The notes under the pieces are model-generated. The model was not told the origin of the DNA. It made no database searches and saw nothing but the letters and a program-made list of their open reading frames with translations. A stretch of DNA of 64,000 nucleotides from Octopus sinensis (lineage: Eukaryota), in NCBI RefSeq assembly GCF_006345805.1, contig NC_043008.1, positions 3,348,001 to 3,412,000 of the forward strand, given 5' to 3'. Positions 40,466 to 52,024 of the stretch are shown here, piece by piece. A program made the translations under genes and the position numbers. Numbering within the stretch: the stretch's first letter is position 1; each line of letters begins with the position of its first letter.

Positions 40466-40498
<33 letters not shown>

Positions 40499-40544
40499 CG
40501 CGCGCGCACATGCATTCATACATAAAAATATGCATCTTTTATCT

Positions 40545-40920
40545 CTTACTTATTTCAGTCATGAAAGTACGTCCATGCTGGAGCACCACTTACAGGGATT
40601 TGGGGCGAGTAAATATGGATCCAGTACTTTCTTTGGCGGAATTCTGTTTTAAGCGCGCCAACTAACCAATCATAACGTTCTTTTTTTTTAACTTTTGGAG
40701 AATTTTCAGAAAGTGTTTGCAAATCTTTATTCTACACACGAGGATGCATGCGTTTCTGCAAAAAAGCAAACAAAAATAACTGATGCGTAATTTAAGGCTA
40801 TTTCGCTAGCAGATGTCACAATCTATCGGTTGTTTCGTTGAACCGCTAGTTAACGATAACGTAAACACACCAACGCCGATTGTCAAGCGGAGAAGGGAGA
40901 CGAACTGAGACACTAAAAGG
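40545..40920 (-). mobile_element. Family-B SINE 3' half, interrupted by ~150 bp of unrelated sequence
   Basis: TTATTTCAGTCAT..CCATGCTGGAGCACCAC and TCTATCGGT..GAACCGCTAG..GTAAACACACCAAC..TGTCAAGCG match 60485-60680. Confidence 0.7.
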
Positions 40921-40979
40921 CACTTTGCTAAATACGTATACTACAGGCTTCATTCAGTTTCCATATACCAAATACACTC

Positions 40980-41109
<130 letters not shown>

Positions 41110-41144
41110 CTGATAGAAATGGTAAGACAACAAATGAATGAAAA

Positions 41145-41303
41145 AGACCTCGACATTATATAAATAGAGGAATTTATCTGTAAATGTAATATGTGACAAT
41201 TATTCGGTAGCGATGAGTAGCCGGAGTTTTATCATGGCTACCGAATAATTGTCACATATTACATTTACAGATAAATTCCTCTATTTACATAATATCGAGG
41301 TCT
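41145..41303. repeat. 159-bp fold-back hairpin (MITE-like) built from the 3' flank of the 36.2-kb HHR-bearing repeat family
   Basis: AGACCTCGACATTATATAAATAGAGGAATTTATCTGTAAATGTAATATGTGACAATTATTCGGTAGC / GCTACCGAATAATTGTCACATATTACATTTACAGATAAATTCCTCTATTTACATAATATCGAGGTCT, ~67 bp arms with about 2 mismatches. Confidence 0.9.
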
Positions 41304-41368
41304 CTTTAATCCTTTGGTTGTCTTACCATTGCTATCAGTAATATATATATATATACACACATACACAT

Positions 41369-41530
41369 ATGACGGGTTTCTTTCTTCCACTTTCCGTCCA
41401 TCAAATCCACTCAGAAGGACCTGGTTGGCCCGCGGTTACAGCAAAAGTTATCTATCTAAAATTCCACGTGGAGGGAATGCGTCCAGAACCGTGTGGCTGG
41501 GAAGGTCACTTCTTACTCCACAGTCACGCC
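41369..41530 (-). mobile_element. Family-B SINE 5' half, diverged
   Basis: GACGGG.TTCTTTC..TTTCCGTC..CAAATCCACTCA..CCAGAACCGTGTGG..CACAGTCACGCCT. Confidence 0.75.
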
Positions 41531-42329
41531 TGTCATATTGTCTTATTTGTTTTACTCATTTAAGACGGTAGTTTATATACGATTCGAGGGACTTTTGCCT
41601 CTTGTTTCTGGCAGGCTGATCTGTCACATAGTGACTCCTTATTTATGTTGGGTTTATTTTTGTTATTGCTGTTTGTTTATAGCGTCAGGTCAAACTTATG
41701 GAACTCACGTATCATACGAGATATTCCATTGACATCGACATCTTTGATTAGGACACTTGTATATATAATTCTAAGATGAAAAAAAAACATCTTTCCTACT
41801 TTAAGATAAAAGACTGCTATATCTAACGTATCATTCAGTCATGAGGAGGCTTTCTCATTCGTTTTCTTATTAATGACAGTTGTATAAACGGTAATCTGCT
41901 TCGTGGAGTAAATCTATTTTTAAAATATAATCCAGCAATGAACATCCATCTTGGGTTTTGTATACCCAGGACATCAGCATAGAATGTGTGTTTGCTATTT
42001 TATTACGGCTGAATTACTGAGGAGATATAGCTGCTATTCCAAATAAGTCATGCACATGTGTACAATCTCTCTTCGGTGGCTTTACTTTTATTTTTATTAA
42101 TATTTAGAACAGTTATGATATCGTAATTCTAAAGTGTCAGATTTTAATCGTTTGATGCCTGTATCTGGGACAGCTTCAACCAGAGGATTTAACGTTTCAA
42201 AAAGAAGAAAAAAGCTGTACCTCGTCACCCGAACAAGAGATACAATCTTAATTCTTTCCGTATAAATCATATACAACAGTCTCAGGAAAAAAGATTCGAT
42301 AACGTGGGCCCGGATTCCATGTGCATAGC

Positions 42330-42740
42330 AAAATGACGAGATGGTCACGGCTAGACTCACTTTCATAATAGCTAAATAGGATCAGGACTGACCTGGCACT
42401 AAAGAACAGTACCAATGGAAGTTCATGCGATAACAGCAAAGTTTTCGCTCTTTATGCTAGAAATAGCAGCCGAATTACATTTAATCCCACGCCACTGACT
42501 TTCAGAGAGACAGAGACACTGGCTAATGTAATAATATAAAAGCAATAGATGAGAGAAAAATAGGGTTTCAGTATCACTGTTCATGAGAAACACTAAACTG
42601 CAACAAATAACAGCTAAATCTCTTTTAAATCACATCCTGCCGTCTTACGACACGAAGAACTGACGGGAAGAAAGACAGAACCGTTAGTGATAGAATGTAT
42701 TTGATCATAGGTCGCTGTTGCTAGGACTGACGTGCATTTC
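42330..42740 (+). mobile_element. Fragments of a third SINE-like family; related pieces at 43790-43930, 51570-51670, 59085-59230(-) and 61330-61490(-)
   Basis: Recurring AAATA(G/A)CAGC(C/T)AAAT(C/T)T..AAATC.C and GATGGTCACGGCT..GATCATAGGTC..GGACTGACC motifs. Confidence 0.55.
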
Positions 42741-43105
42741 ATCAGCACAAGATTGAGAAAAGAGTCTTGAACTACCGCACTTTATGAATCAGAGGTACTT
42801 ATGTAATATATAAAGGTTTTGATATGCGTTATGCCAGTCTATGAAAAGAAAATAATATGACTGACATTCTCTTATGGTTTGTAACTCTACTACCGCTCTA
42901 AATGTCATTCTGTATCCCTGCCTACTTCGAAGAGGAAAAGAATAAATAGGAACAAATAGTTTTGTAATGTAATACTGTCCATCACTTCTGAGTCATGGAT
43001 GCATCCAGTATTTCTATTAGAAAATACGGTCCGAGGATGTGACTGCAATGTGTTTCATCAGCAGCAACCGAATCTTGCACACTGTATTAGGTTTGGGAGG
43101 GTATT

Positions 43106-43145
43106 ATGGATAGACGTAGATATGCTACTTTTGAAATGGAGACAG
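43106..43145 (+). CDS. Candidate first coding exon (MDRRRYATFEMET, phase 1) of an unidentified gene
   Basis: ATT-ATG-G start context; donor CAG|GTCAGT at 43145/46; phase matches exon 44869-45070. It could instead be an internal exon from acceptor TATTAG|43091 (VWEGIMDRR..). Confidence 0.4.
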
Positions 43146-44128
43146 GTCAGTCAAGACTGTAAAACTTTGGCCTGTTGTCTTCTCAAGCTCAAACAATAGT
43201 AACATTGATCTGAAGCACAGCAACAAACAGACAGCTTTTCAACCTCCCTCAATGAGTCATCTACATTGTGAGTTGGCTGTGATAGCAACATAATAAATAT
43301 ACCAATATTAAGCACGGAAATTAACTGCGTTTGCTACAACAATAAAAAAAAACATTATATGCACATTAGTCCGCATTAAATAGGTTACATTTACCTTTGA
43401 GCACGCGTCTGTTACAATCGACGTGTTAAAGTGACACTCACCGTGTTAATTTCTTGGTAGGATAGGGCATAGCTATGTGATTTCTTTTATAACGATGGTG
43501 GTCAAACTTTCATTGGTTGCTAGCTTCTAATTAATCAATTAAACAATATTGGATTGGCAGAGGCATCTGGCATTTGCAAACAAAATTTCGAAAATCCCTT
43601 ACGGGTTAGACCATCGAACCACGATGGTGGTGGAGAGACTACAGACATTTCGAAATTTTGACAATCTAATTTGTATCACGTAACGTTGAAGGACGAGAAA
43701 CGGTTAACCAAGAAGCAATAAATTAACATTCTCTAACTGGATTACTATTTTCTATAATCAACGCAATGCAAATGCCTCGATGCAATTTCTTGACACGCAA
43801 GAAATAACAGCCAAATTTTCTTCAAATCCCTCCCTCTACACACTACCCTCTTTAAAACGGATTTGTCACATTTAATCCTAGATATCACTTAATACTAAGC
43901 CATCAAGGTGATTATAGCTGGAATGCTATTAAAAAATTTGCTTCGTAGTGACGACCCGTAGCTAAATAAAAACTAAATTATAATAATAGTCATAACTCCC
44001 AACGGATTTCATGTGTGACGAAAATTATCAAGAATGTATGGTAACATTATTATATTTCTCTCTGCTTCTAATTCGAAATTTAATATAGCAGCATAATATT
44101 TGGTTACGTTATACCCACTCACTCTTTG

Positions 44129-44355
44129 TCGATACCAATTTTTTTCAAATATTCCTTCGATACCAACTTTTCTCAAATGTCCATCGACAATAAATTTATT
44201 CAAATGGTGCCCTCATATTTTCTCAAATGGTGCCTCGAATAAAAAATTCTCAAAATTGAGGGGATGGGACCCTTAGATACTAAAATGGGCTCCCATATAT
44301 GGATTCTAAAGGCGCATGGGGCCCACTTGCCATTGGGGAAGATGGCAACCTGGCC
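44129..44355. mobile_element. Five degenerate 22-29 bp subrepeats followed by a TIR-like end GATGGCAACCTGG; probable DNA-transposon/MITE relic
   Basis: TCGATACC/TCGAC/TCATA/TCGAAT..(T/C)TCAAA units start at 44129, 44157, 44184, 44213 and 44235. Confidence 0.4.
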
Positions 44356-44868
44356 ACATATGAGTTATACGATATATGAATTAGAAAAATACGTCAAGGA
44401 TTCCCTTCAGACGAAAAAAATAATGCTTATATGCTGCGTAAAGAAACGGAATTAGACTAGACACAGTCTTACAAATATTTAGTAATCAATGAATCACATT
44501 GAGTTGAACACACATAAAGACACTTTATGACGGAAAATTATTATCGCCATTTTACATTTATACTTAAATCAGAGCAAAATGGGTAAAAAGTAATAAGCAT
44601 AATTTTAGTAGCGTCCTAGTAATAAGTGTTGGTAATTTTTTAAAACTGGTCGCTAAATGAATTAAGAAGTCTAGACAAGGAAACTGGTGACAGAATTGAG
44701 ACAACATAAAATCGGACTTTGACAGATATATTAAACAAGAAAACTTGTACAGAAGATTTATGCAACTAAAAAAAAAAATATCGTTAAATATACACAAAAA
44801 GGCCCCACAATAGACTGGTATAGATCAAGGGAGAACTAAAACAAAACATACTAGTCACTCTCTTACAG

Positions 44869-45070
44869 GTTTATGGTCGAACCTGGTTCTTTTCTCGGCT
44901 CGGGAACCCATATCTGTGCTCACCGCCATCGAAGCGGAAATTACTATCCGCAAGTGCGACACCCGTGAGTCAGATGGGTTGTTCCAGCCCATCGCGCCCG
45001 CCACACTCCGGGCCAAAGCGTTTTTTGTTGAGACCATGAGGCGGTCTAAATTACAGGAAATCGAGAGAAT
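44869..45070 (+). CDS. Candidate internal coding exon (202 bp, phase 1 to 2): LWSNLVLFSAREPISVLTAIEAEITIRKCDTRESDGLFQPIAPATLRAKAFFVETMRRSKLQEIER
   Basis: Acceptor CACTCTCTTACAG|, donor AAT|GTAAGC. A GC/CpG-rich island in AT-rich surroundings; only one of the three + frames is open end to end and it fills the interval between the splice sites. Product not recognised. Confidence 0.65.
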
Positions 45071-45276
45071 GTAAGCATTTGGTAGCCTGTTAACTCGTAG
45101 TTGTTCAGTTTATCATCCCATTTCCTTTCGAGCTACTTATTTCTTTCTATTCTCAAAATATTCCTTTACTAGAGTACAATTTTCAGTATATTTGCAAACG
45201 AAGCTTCAGAACATTTCAAAATACGTTTTATTTTTTCGAGGACGTTAACGAATACAAGACAATTGCAGACGTGACA

Positions 45277-45427
45277 ACTGCTGTCCAGTTTTAGCCTCCC
45301 ATTCGGCCTTTATGCAGTTTGTCTTGTTATTTTGCGTCCCTCTCCCGCTAAATAAGCGGGAGAGGGACGCAAAATAACAACACAAACTGGATAAAGGCCA
45401 ACCGCGGAGCTAAAACTGGACAGCAGT
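45277..45427. repeat. GC-rich hairpin with ~73-bp arms and a perfect inner 26-bp stem
   Basis: TTGTTATTTTGCGTCCCTCTCCCGCT-AAATA-AGCGGGAGAGGGACGCAAAATAACAA; outer ACTGCTGTCCAGTTTTAGC / GCTAAAACTGGACAGCAGT. Confidence 0.9.
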
Positions 45428-46159
45428 CTGCCATACTAAAACGAAAGTAAAACACGCTGACATTGAATCTGCAAATAAACAGAAACATTGCTGCAATGTC
45501 TGAGGAATGTACATCTGAAAACAGAGAAACAACGAAACACTTGTAATAAGGCATAACACATCATATAGTCACATAATACCTGGAATTAAGGAGAAATAAG
45601 GCATGACAAAATGGGGCATTTCATATACTTGCGTTAGTGACCGCATTACGAAAAGCCAACAGCAAAGCGGTATCACAAACAAACACCAGAAGTATACTCA
45701 GAATATAACACAGTGTCCATACTCTAGCATATGACACTCAGACAAGAACGCTAAGTGAAATGGAAGTGTTATTGTTTTCGGTTAGCGTCAAGAAAGGATG
45801 TAAGTGGTAACCGAATTGTGAATTGCAACATGCAACGACAAGTTTTTAAACGAAATGTAGAAAATATTTAAACATTAAGATCTAGAAATCGAGATAACCA
45901 GAATGTTTAGACTCAAAAACAGAAATAAACTCTGTAATTGTTGGTGCCTTGGTTATTACTGAAAACATGAAATAGGCAATTAAAAAATTCAAGGTTTACA
46001 TATTATGTATCTCACAGAAAAAAAAATATTGCGTGCATATTAAATATTTTCAATAATATTTTCAGAGCATAAGACAATAGTTTAACGAAACAATATAATT
46101 CTCGCTTAGAACTTACACATTGCAGCGCGTGGTAGTTCTTATTACTGAAAGTAGATAAC

Positions 46160-46202
<43 letters not shown>

Positions 46203-47279
46203 TAATAATAATAACGGTCTCGAATCCTTCGTGAGGTCAACTGGTAAATGATTTCGATTCATAGAATCTTGCTTGAATTAAGAACTTCATATAATTTTAT
46301 AGATCTCAACTCGTATCAAGAAATTAAGTTAATATTTGTATATAACCAGTCGAATGTTGGTTTCAGAGTTCATCTCTAACGCACTTGTTGGAATTTTCGT
46401 GACTTAGCTTATTGAATCTGAATGTGAAATCCCCCCACACACCCACACACTCTCACCAGAACCGCTCACAATAACAATAGCGACGTCTTATTATTCAAAT
46501 AAGTAGAGTAATGCATGAACTCGTTTGAGCATGAAGAGAATACTGGAAAGATTAAATAGTCACCCTGGTTGTCTGCCAATCTACTTACGCCATTTTTCCA
46601 GATAAGAAAAGAAGTAAATGAACTATTTAACGATATAGCAAACTCATAGAAGACCTACTGATTTTCATGTTAAAACTATTAGTCGCATCTTCAGATTGCT
46701 ACAGTGTCGCTGATAATTGTCAGTTGAAACTCACAAGATGTAACACCTTTCTGCTTCCATCAGTATGTGTCTCTGATGCGTGTGTATGTGAATATGTAAG
46801 TGTATAGGTGTTTGTGTGTGTGTGTGTGTATGAGTTAAGTGTGTTTGTGTGTCGAACTAAATGTCGTCAAGGTAATAATCTAGTCATTCAGCTACCAATT
46901 TCTCCACACACGCACTCTCTCACACACACACACACATTTCAATCATTCACGCGCTAATTCACCCAGATACAGCCGCACGTTCTCACAAAAGCACACACGC
47001 AATGATTGATTGCGTACCAATGAATTCGTTTCCTGTGTCAATATGATAATGTGAAACTGTTGATGTCACGTGTGTGAGACTGAATATATATATGCTTTTG
47101 CACTTCTGCGTGTATTTTTATTTGCATATATATATATATATACTTATATATATACAGAGAAAGAGAGACAGAGACAGAGACAGAGACAGAGACAGTGACA
47201 GAGAGACAGGGAGAGACAGACAGAGACAGACAGACAGACAGACAGACGGACACACAGACACATAGATAGACAGACAGGC

Positions 47280-47359
<80 letters not shown>

Positions 47360-48779
47360 GTGTGCAGTGCGTGTTTGTATTTTCATGTGTTCATGCGTGT
47401 ATGGTTTCTATTTATGAGATAAATTCAAATTTCCTCGAAAAAAAAAATGAATGATTAGCTGTTCATTCAAAGAAAGAGATTCCACTTACTTATACATTGC
47501 CAAGTCCAAGTGTTAGGAATGAATGAATTCCTAATCGTTAGAGCACAGGGCAAGATACTTTGTGGTTATTATTTTCGCTGCCTTTTGTTCTGAGTTCTAA
47601 TGCAGCCGAGGTTGAATTTTTTCGTTTAGTATTTGAGTGCAGACTTTGTGTCGCTTCTCAGATTTGCACCTCCGTAAGATCATTCGTAATAATTCCTCTT
47701 CGCGCCAAACGCCGTTTTACGGCGGGTGTCTTAACCCTAACTGTTATATTGTTTATCTGAAGTGTAGCGACGCCTAGTTATTATCAGATTTGAAGCATTT
47801 AAGAATATCTCATAGAATCTTATAATCATCAAGATATATGGCTCTTCCCTTGCCCAATAGAAGAAAAACAAAATTATAAAATAAATTCAAGGATAGACGA
47901 AAGTATTTTACAGTCTCCTTTCCAAGTATTAAGTCAGGTTAAGTTGCTGCGGACTAAATTTTAAATCTGTAAATGTAGAGACATGTCAAAGTTCAGGAGT
48001 GGAATAATTCAAAGTATCGATTACTCGGATTCACAGGGGTCTATGGAATAAAGTCCTGCTACAAGTAGCAAACGAATCTGTCTCAAATCAAAACCTGCAT
48101 ACTTGTTGAAAGAAAGTTAAAGGATTAACTTTGTAGGCGTTCGAGTTGCTAAAAATAACTGCCAAAACTTTTTCAAATCAAATATCTTTTAATTAATGGA
48201 TGAAGCAAAAAAGCACGTGGAAAATAGCAACTAAATTCCTACATCTCAACCAGCCTTCCTACCAGCGAATTAGAAATAGCAGCCAGGTCTATTTCAACAC
48301 ATATCATCCAATCACTTTAAAGGAAAGGAAGTATATTATATGTGAGAAGGGAATTTTAAATAGTCTCTGCCTGGGCGTAGAGGCAGATCAGCTTCAGCGA
48401 AAATCAAATGGAATAAACTAAAAGAAAAATGAACAAAATGAAACTGCGAGACGCATGACTGAGATTTCTTTTCTTCAGAGCTTGGCTTCATATATTGATA
48501 GATCATCCAGCTTTACACAACCATCTGGATCTTAAATGATTTTAACAAAGGGCCTTTGTCTTGCTAGCATTTGGGTCACTGAACCGGCTCTATTCCCCCA
48601 TCTATCTAGAAGCGAATGGCTGCCCTTCATCCTCTGTTTAAAACTTTATAAAGGAAGAAAAAATAAAGGCGAGTAAATGTTTCTTTCGAAATACAAACCT
48701 CAGTCGCTTCATTACTGCTAGCATCACAATATTATTGGATGTAAAGAGGCTTCGACTTCCTTCAAGTAGCAGCCTGGTA

Positions 48780-49030
48780 TCATTCAAATCTTAAATATAT
48801 AGGGATATATTAATGGACTTAAATTCAGATCTGTCAGGAAGCCTAGGATTCTTAAAACAGAAGCTCCACCATCTTTCCATAAGATTACAACATTCGCATC
48901 TCGACGGGATAGCCATTGTTGAAACCCATTTCCAGATGACTGAACTGCAGCAATGTGAATTTAAGTGCTTCACTCTTAGATCACAACGAACCGAACTCGA
49001 GAATCGAAACTTACAACACCCTTGGCACTA
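48780..49030 (+). pseudogene. Possible decayed LINE AP-endonuclease N-terminus
   Basis: QKLHHLSIRLQHSHLDGIAIVETHF resembles the APE motif D(I/V)xx(I/L)xETH; no further APE motifs traced. Confidence 0.3.
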
Positions 49031-49257
49031 GAACGTGTGGCATCACTTGGTTGATGTCGTCCAAGATGTACTGGATCCATTTTCTTTTTTGGTCACAGCT
49101 GAGGTATCTTTCATTGTAGTCGTGTGTGTTCGGAACTCATCTGGAACTAATATAAAAATCATATTCAAGACTATTGGCAGTGTAAAACTATTACAAGATT
49201 TATATATAACTGTATGTGTGTATGTGTTGACGTGTATGTGTAGGTGTAGTTGAATAT

Positions 49258-49432
<175 letters not shown>

Positions 49433-49589
49433 CGTTTATATGTACAAATGAAATCAGTGAATGCTCAGTATATGCTTTATAAAAAAAGCAGTCAATGAAC
49501 TCATATACAAATCGTATATATAGTTGAATGATACGGCTGTGGTACTTTTATTGCTGGAAATTTATTCAAATAATGTGTGGAATACTCAG

Positions 49590-49675
49590 CCACATCATGA
49601 ATAGATTGTTTCGTCGATCGAGCATCGTCAAAAGCATTGCGGCCGCCATCATACATCTACGCATTAAGAAAGCGA
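49590..49675 (+). CDS. Candidate coding exon (86 bp, phase 2 to 1): HIMNRLFRRSSIVKSIAAAIIHLRIKKA
   Basis: Donor CGA|GTGAGT is consensus and the entry phase matches exon 44869-45070; CpG-rich patch. The acceptor (GGAATACTCAG|) has a weak pyrimidine tract. Confidence 0.35.
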
Positions 49676-50040
49676 GTGAGTGAAAGAGAAAGATAGAAAG
49701 GCATTCCATGCGTGGATAAATCGTCTGATAGATAGTGATTGTCAGGTAAGAACTAATCGATGCAATGATACACAAAGTCAAGAAACTTGAGGAGGAGAGA
49801 GATTGATAAAGTGGGTCAAAGAGAGGGAAATATAGGGAAAAAATGAGAGAGGAATGGTCCAGGGAGAGTGTCTTACAAGAACCAAAGAAACAAACAAAGA
49901 AGGGAAAACAGAAAGAATGAATTAATGAGGAAAGACGACGATAGCGGGGACGGGGAAAACGAGAAGAGAATGAAAGAAATGGTGAAACTAATATGGCCGC
50001 CAAAGAAAGGATGACAAAAGAAAGAAAGAAAGAAAGAAAT

Positions 50041-50120
<80 letters not shown>

Positions 50121-50691
50121 TGTCAGATGGAAGAGAGCGATATTAAACCCATTAAAGACTGAAGGGAATGAAAAGAAAGAATAGAGATAAAAAGAAAGAA
50201 TTCCGACGAAGCAGGCATGAATGAATTTGAGACGTCGAAGAGTTTGAGAACAATAAAAGATTTCGAAGCAGGAAAATAGAGACCGGAAGTGATGGAGCAA
50301 CACGAGAGATGGATTAATGCTACTTAATGGAGATTGATTTACATGTTCAAGTAATGGCTACACTATCTGAAATACCGCTAGGATTAAATTTGGATCGATA
50401 CCATTCATTGGTAAATGTAACATTCTGATGTTATGACATTTCTCTCCCATCCTCTCCTTCACTTCTCACTCTTCTTTCTCTCTCTCTCCACCACTCTTGA
50501 GCACACACACACACACACATACACACACACACACATACATTCACACGCACAATACTCACTCACTGTTTAGTTTTCTCTTTCCCTCTCCCTACACCCCCTT
50601 CTGTGTTTGCTTCTCTTTCTGCCTCTCTTTCACTCAAAGTTTAATCAAACGTTTTGTCTTTTGAAGTCATGGATACTGGCACACACACATA

Positions 50692-50734
<43 letters not shown>

Positions 50735-51746
50735 TACATTGTGCTTCCGCGTGCCTGTGTGTATGTCGGTGTATGAGCGTGTATGCTGTGCATATGTGTG
50801 GGGGTGGACACGCGTGCGTAGAGTTTTGTCTGTATTTGTGGTCATCGAAGTATGTGTGCTTCTGCTATGCCTGTGTTTACACACAGAAACACACAAACTC
50901 GCACATTCATAAGTAAAGACATGCATATATACACATACACGTGTGTGTGTGTGTGTTTAAATGCATGTATGTATGTATTTCTGTATGTATATGTATATAC
51001 GCGGGTACTGACAGGGTAGAGATTCGGTGCAACTTCCCTCGATACACGCTCATACTACGGCTTTGACAGAATTCCAAGTCCGCTTAAGCAAGTCACTTGA
51101 GAAACCAATGTGTAAATATATCAAAGAGTAACCGCAGAAGGAAGCAAACGAAGAATAAATAGACCACAAATTCATCCTCTGTTATGTTTTTTGGGGTTTT
51201 TTTTTTCCTGTACGACTTCTATCAATATTGTTTGATTTCATTTCTAACAATATTGTATGTAAATATTTGCATGAAAAGTTGCGCAATATTTGTCGTTGAA
51301 TACAACGGAGTGGCACGAAAGGTTGTCTTGCCTCTAACTATGTAAAGAATATGTATTTAGCGTTGCTTTTGCTGACAAGGAACGGATTAGTGTGTGCAAA
51401 ATTAATAATAATGAGCTTTTGAGATTCTGCAAGAATATGAATCTTTAGACAACCTTAAGGGCGAAAACAAACAAGAAAACAACTTTGTAATTAATGTTAT
51501 TAAATTACTTGAATTGCAAGGTAAAGCAATGATTCCTTCAAATTCCAGTCTATTACCTTAAATCATGAGAGGAGCATTTGATAATCTCTAATCCCTAAGC
51601 ACTCTATATATGATGAAAGGTGGGATGGTCACGGCTAATAGGTGTAGGTGTGGGCATAGATTTGATCATCTGTTACACAACAACACTCTCGAACACTACA
51701 AGGAATAATGAAAGAAAGGAATTAACGGTTTGTGACGTGAGAGAAT

Positions 51747-51784
<38 letters not shown>

Positions 51785-51973
51785 TCTGCAGGAAAGTGAC
51801 AACGTTACGAAATATATTGAAACTATTAGCGTAATGGAACTACTGTTCTTACGATTTAGCAAGCTTATAATCAATATTATTACAAATATGGGTATCCAAC
51901 ACTTTGCTTGAACGTTGAAAAAGGAAAAAGACAGGGATTGAATATGGTAACTAGGAATTATCGTAACCCATAA

Positions 51974-52024
<51 letters not shown>

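Larger units (their letters stand above)
36672..40471. repeat. Large inverted duplication: arms 36672-38069 and 39102-40471 (~1.4 kb each), spacer 38070-39101
   Basis: Unique blocks match as reverse complements (36672-36890 with 40250-40471; 37200-37510 with 39655-39965; ends ..CCATACACGTGCA at 38069 with TGCACGTGTATGG at 39102). The ORF track gives the same peptide start at 37257(+) and 39909(-). Confidence 0.95.

Noticed and set aside
45495-45530. CTGAGGA..GAAA HHR-like words
   Set aside because: Stem III and stem I cannot form.
48478-48540. Strong acceptor TTTCTTTTCTTCAG| giving phase-2 AWLHILIDHPALHNHLDLK*
   Set aside because: A possible alternative terminal exon after 45070, but it has no donor or other support and lies next to a suspected LINE relic.
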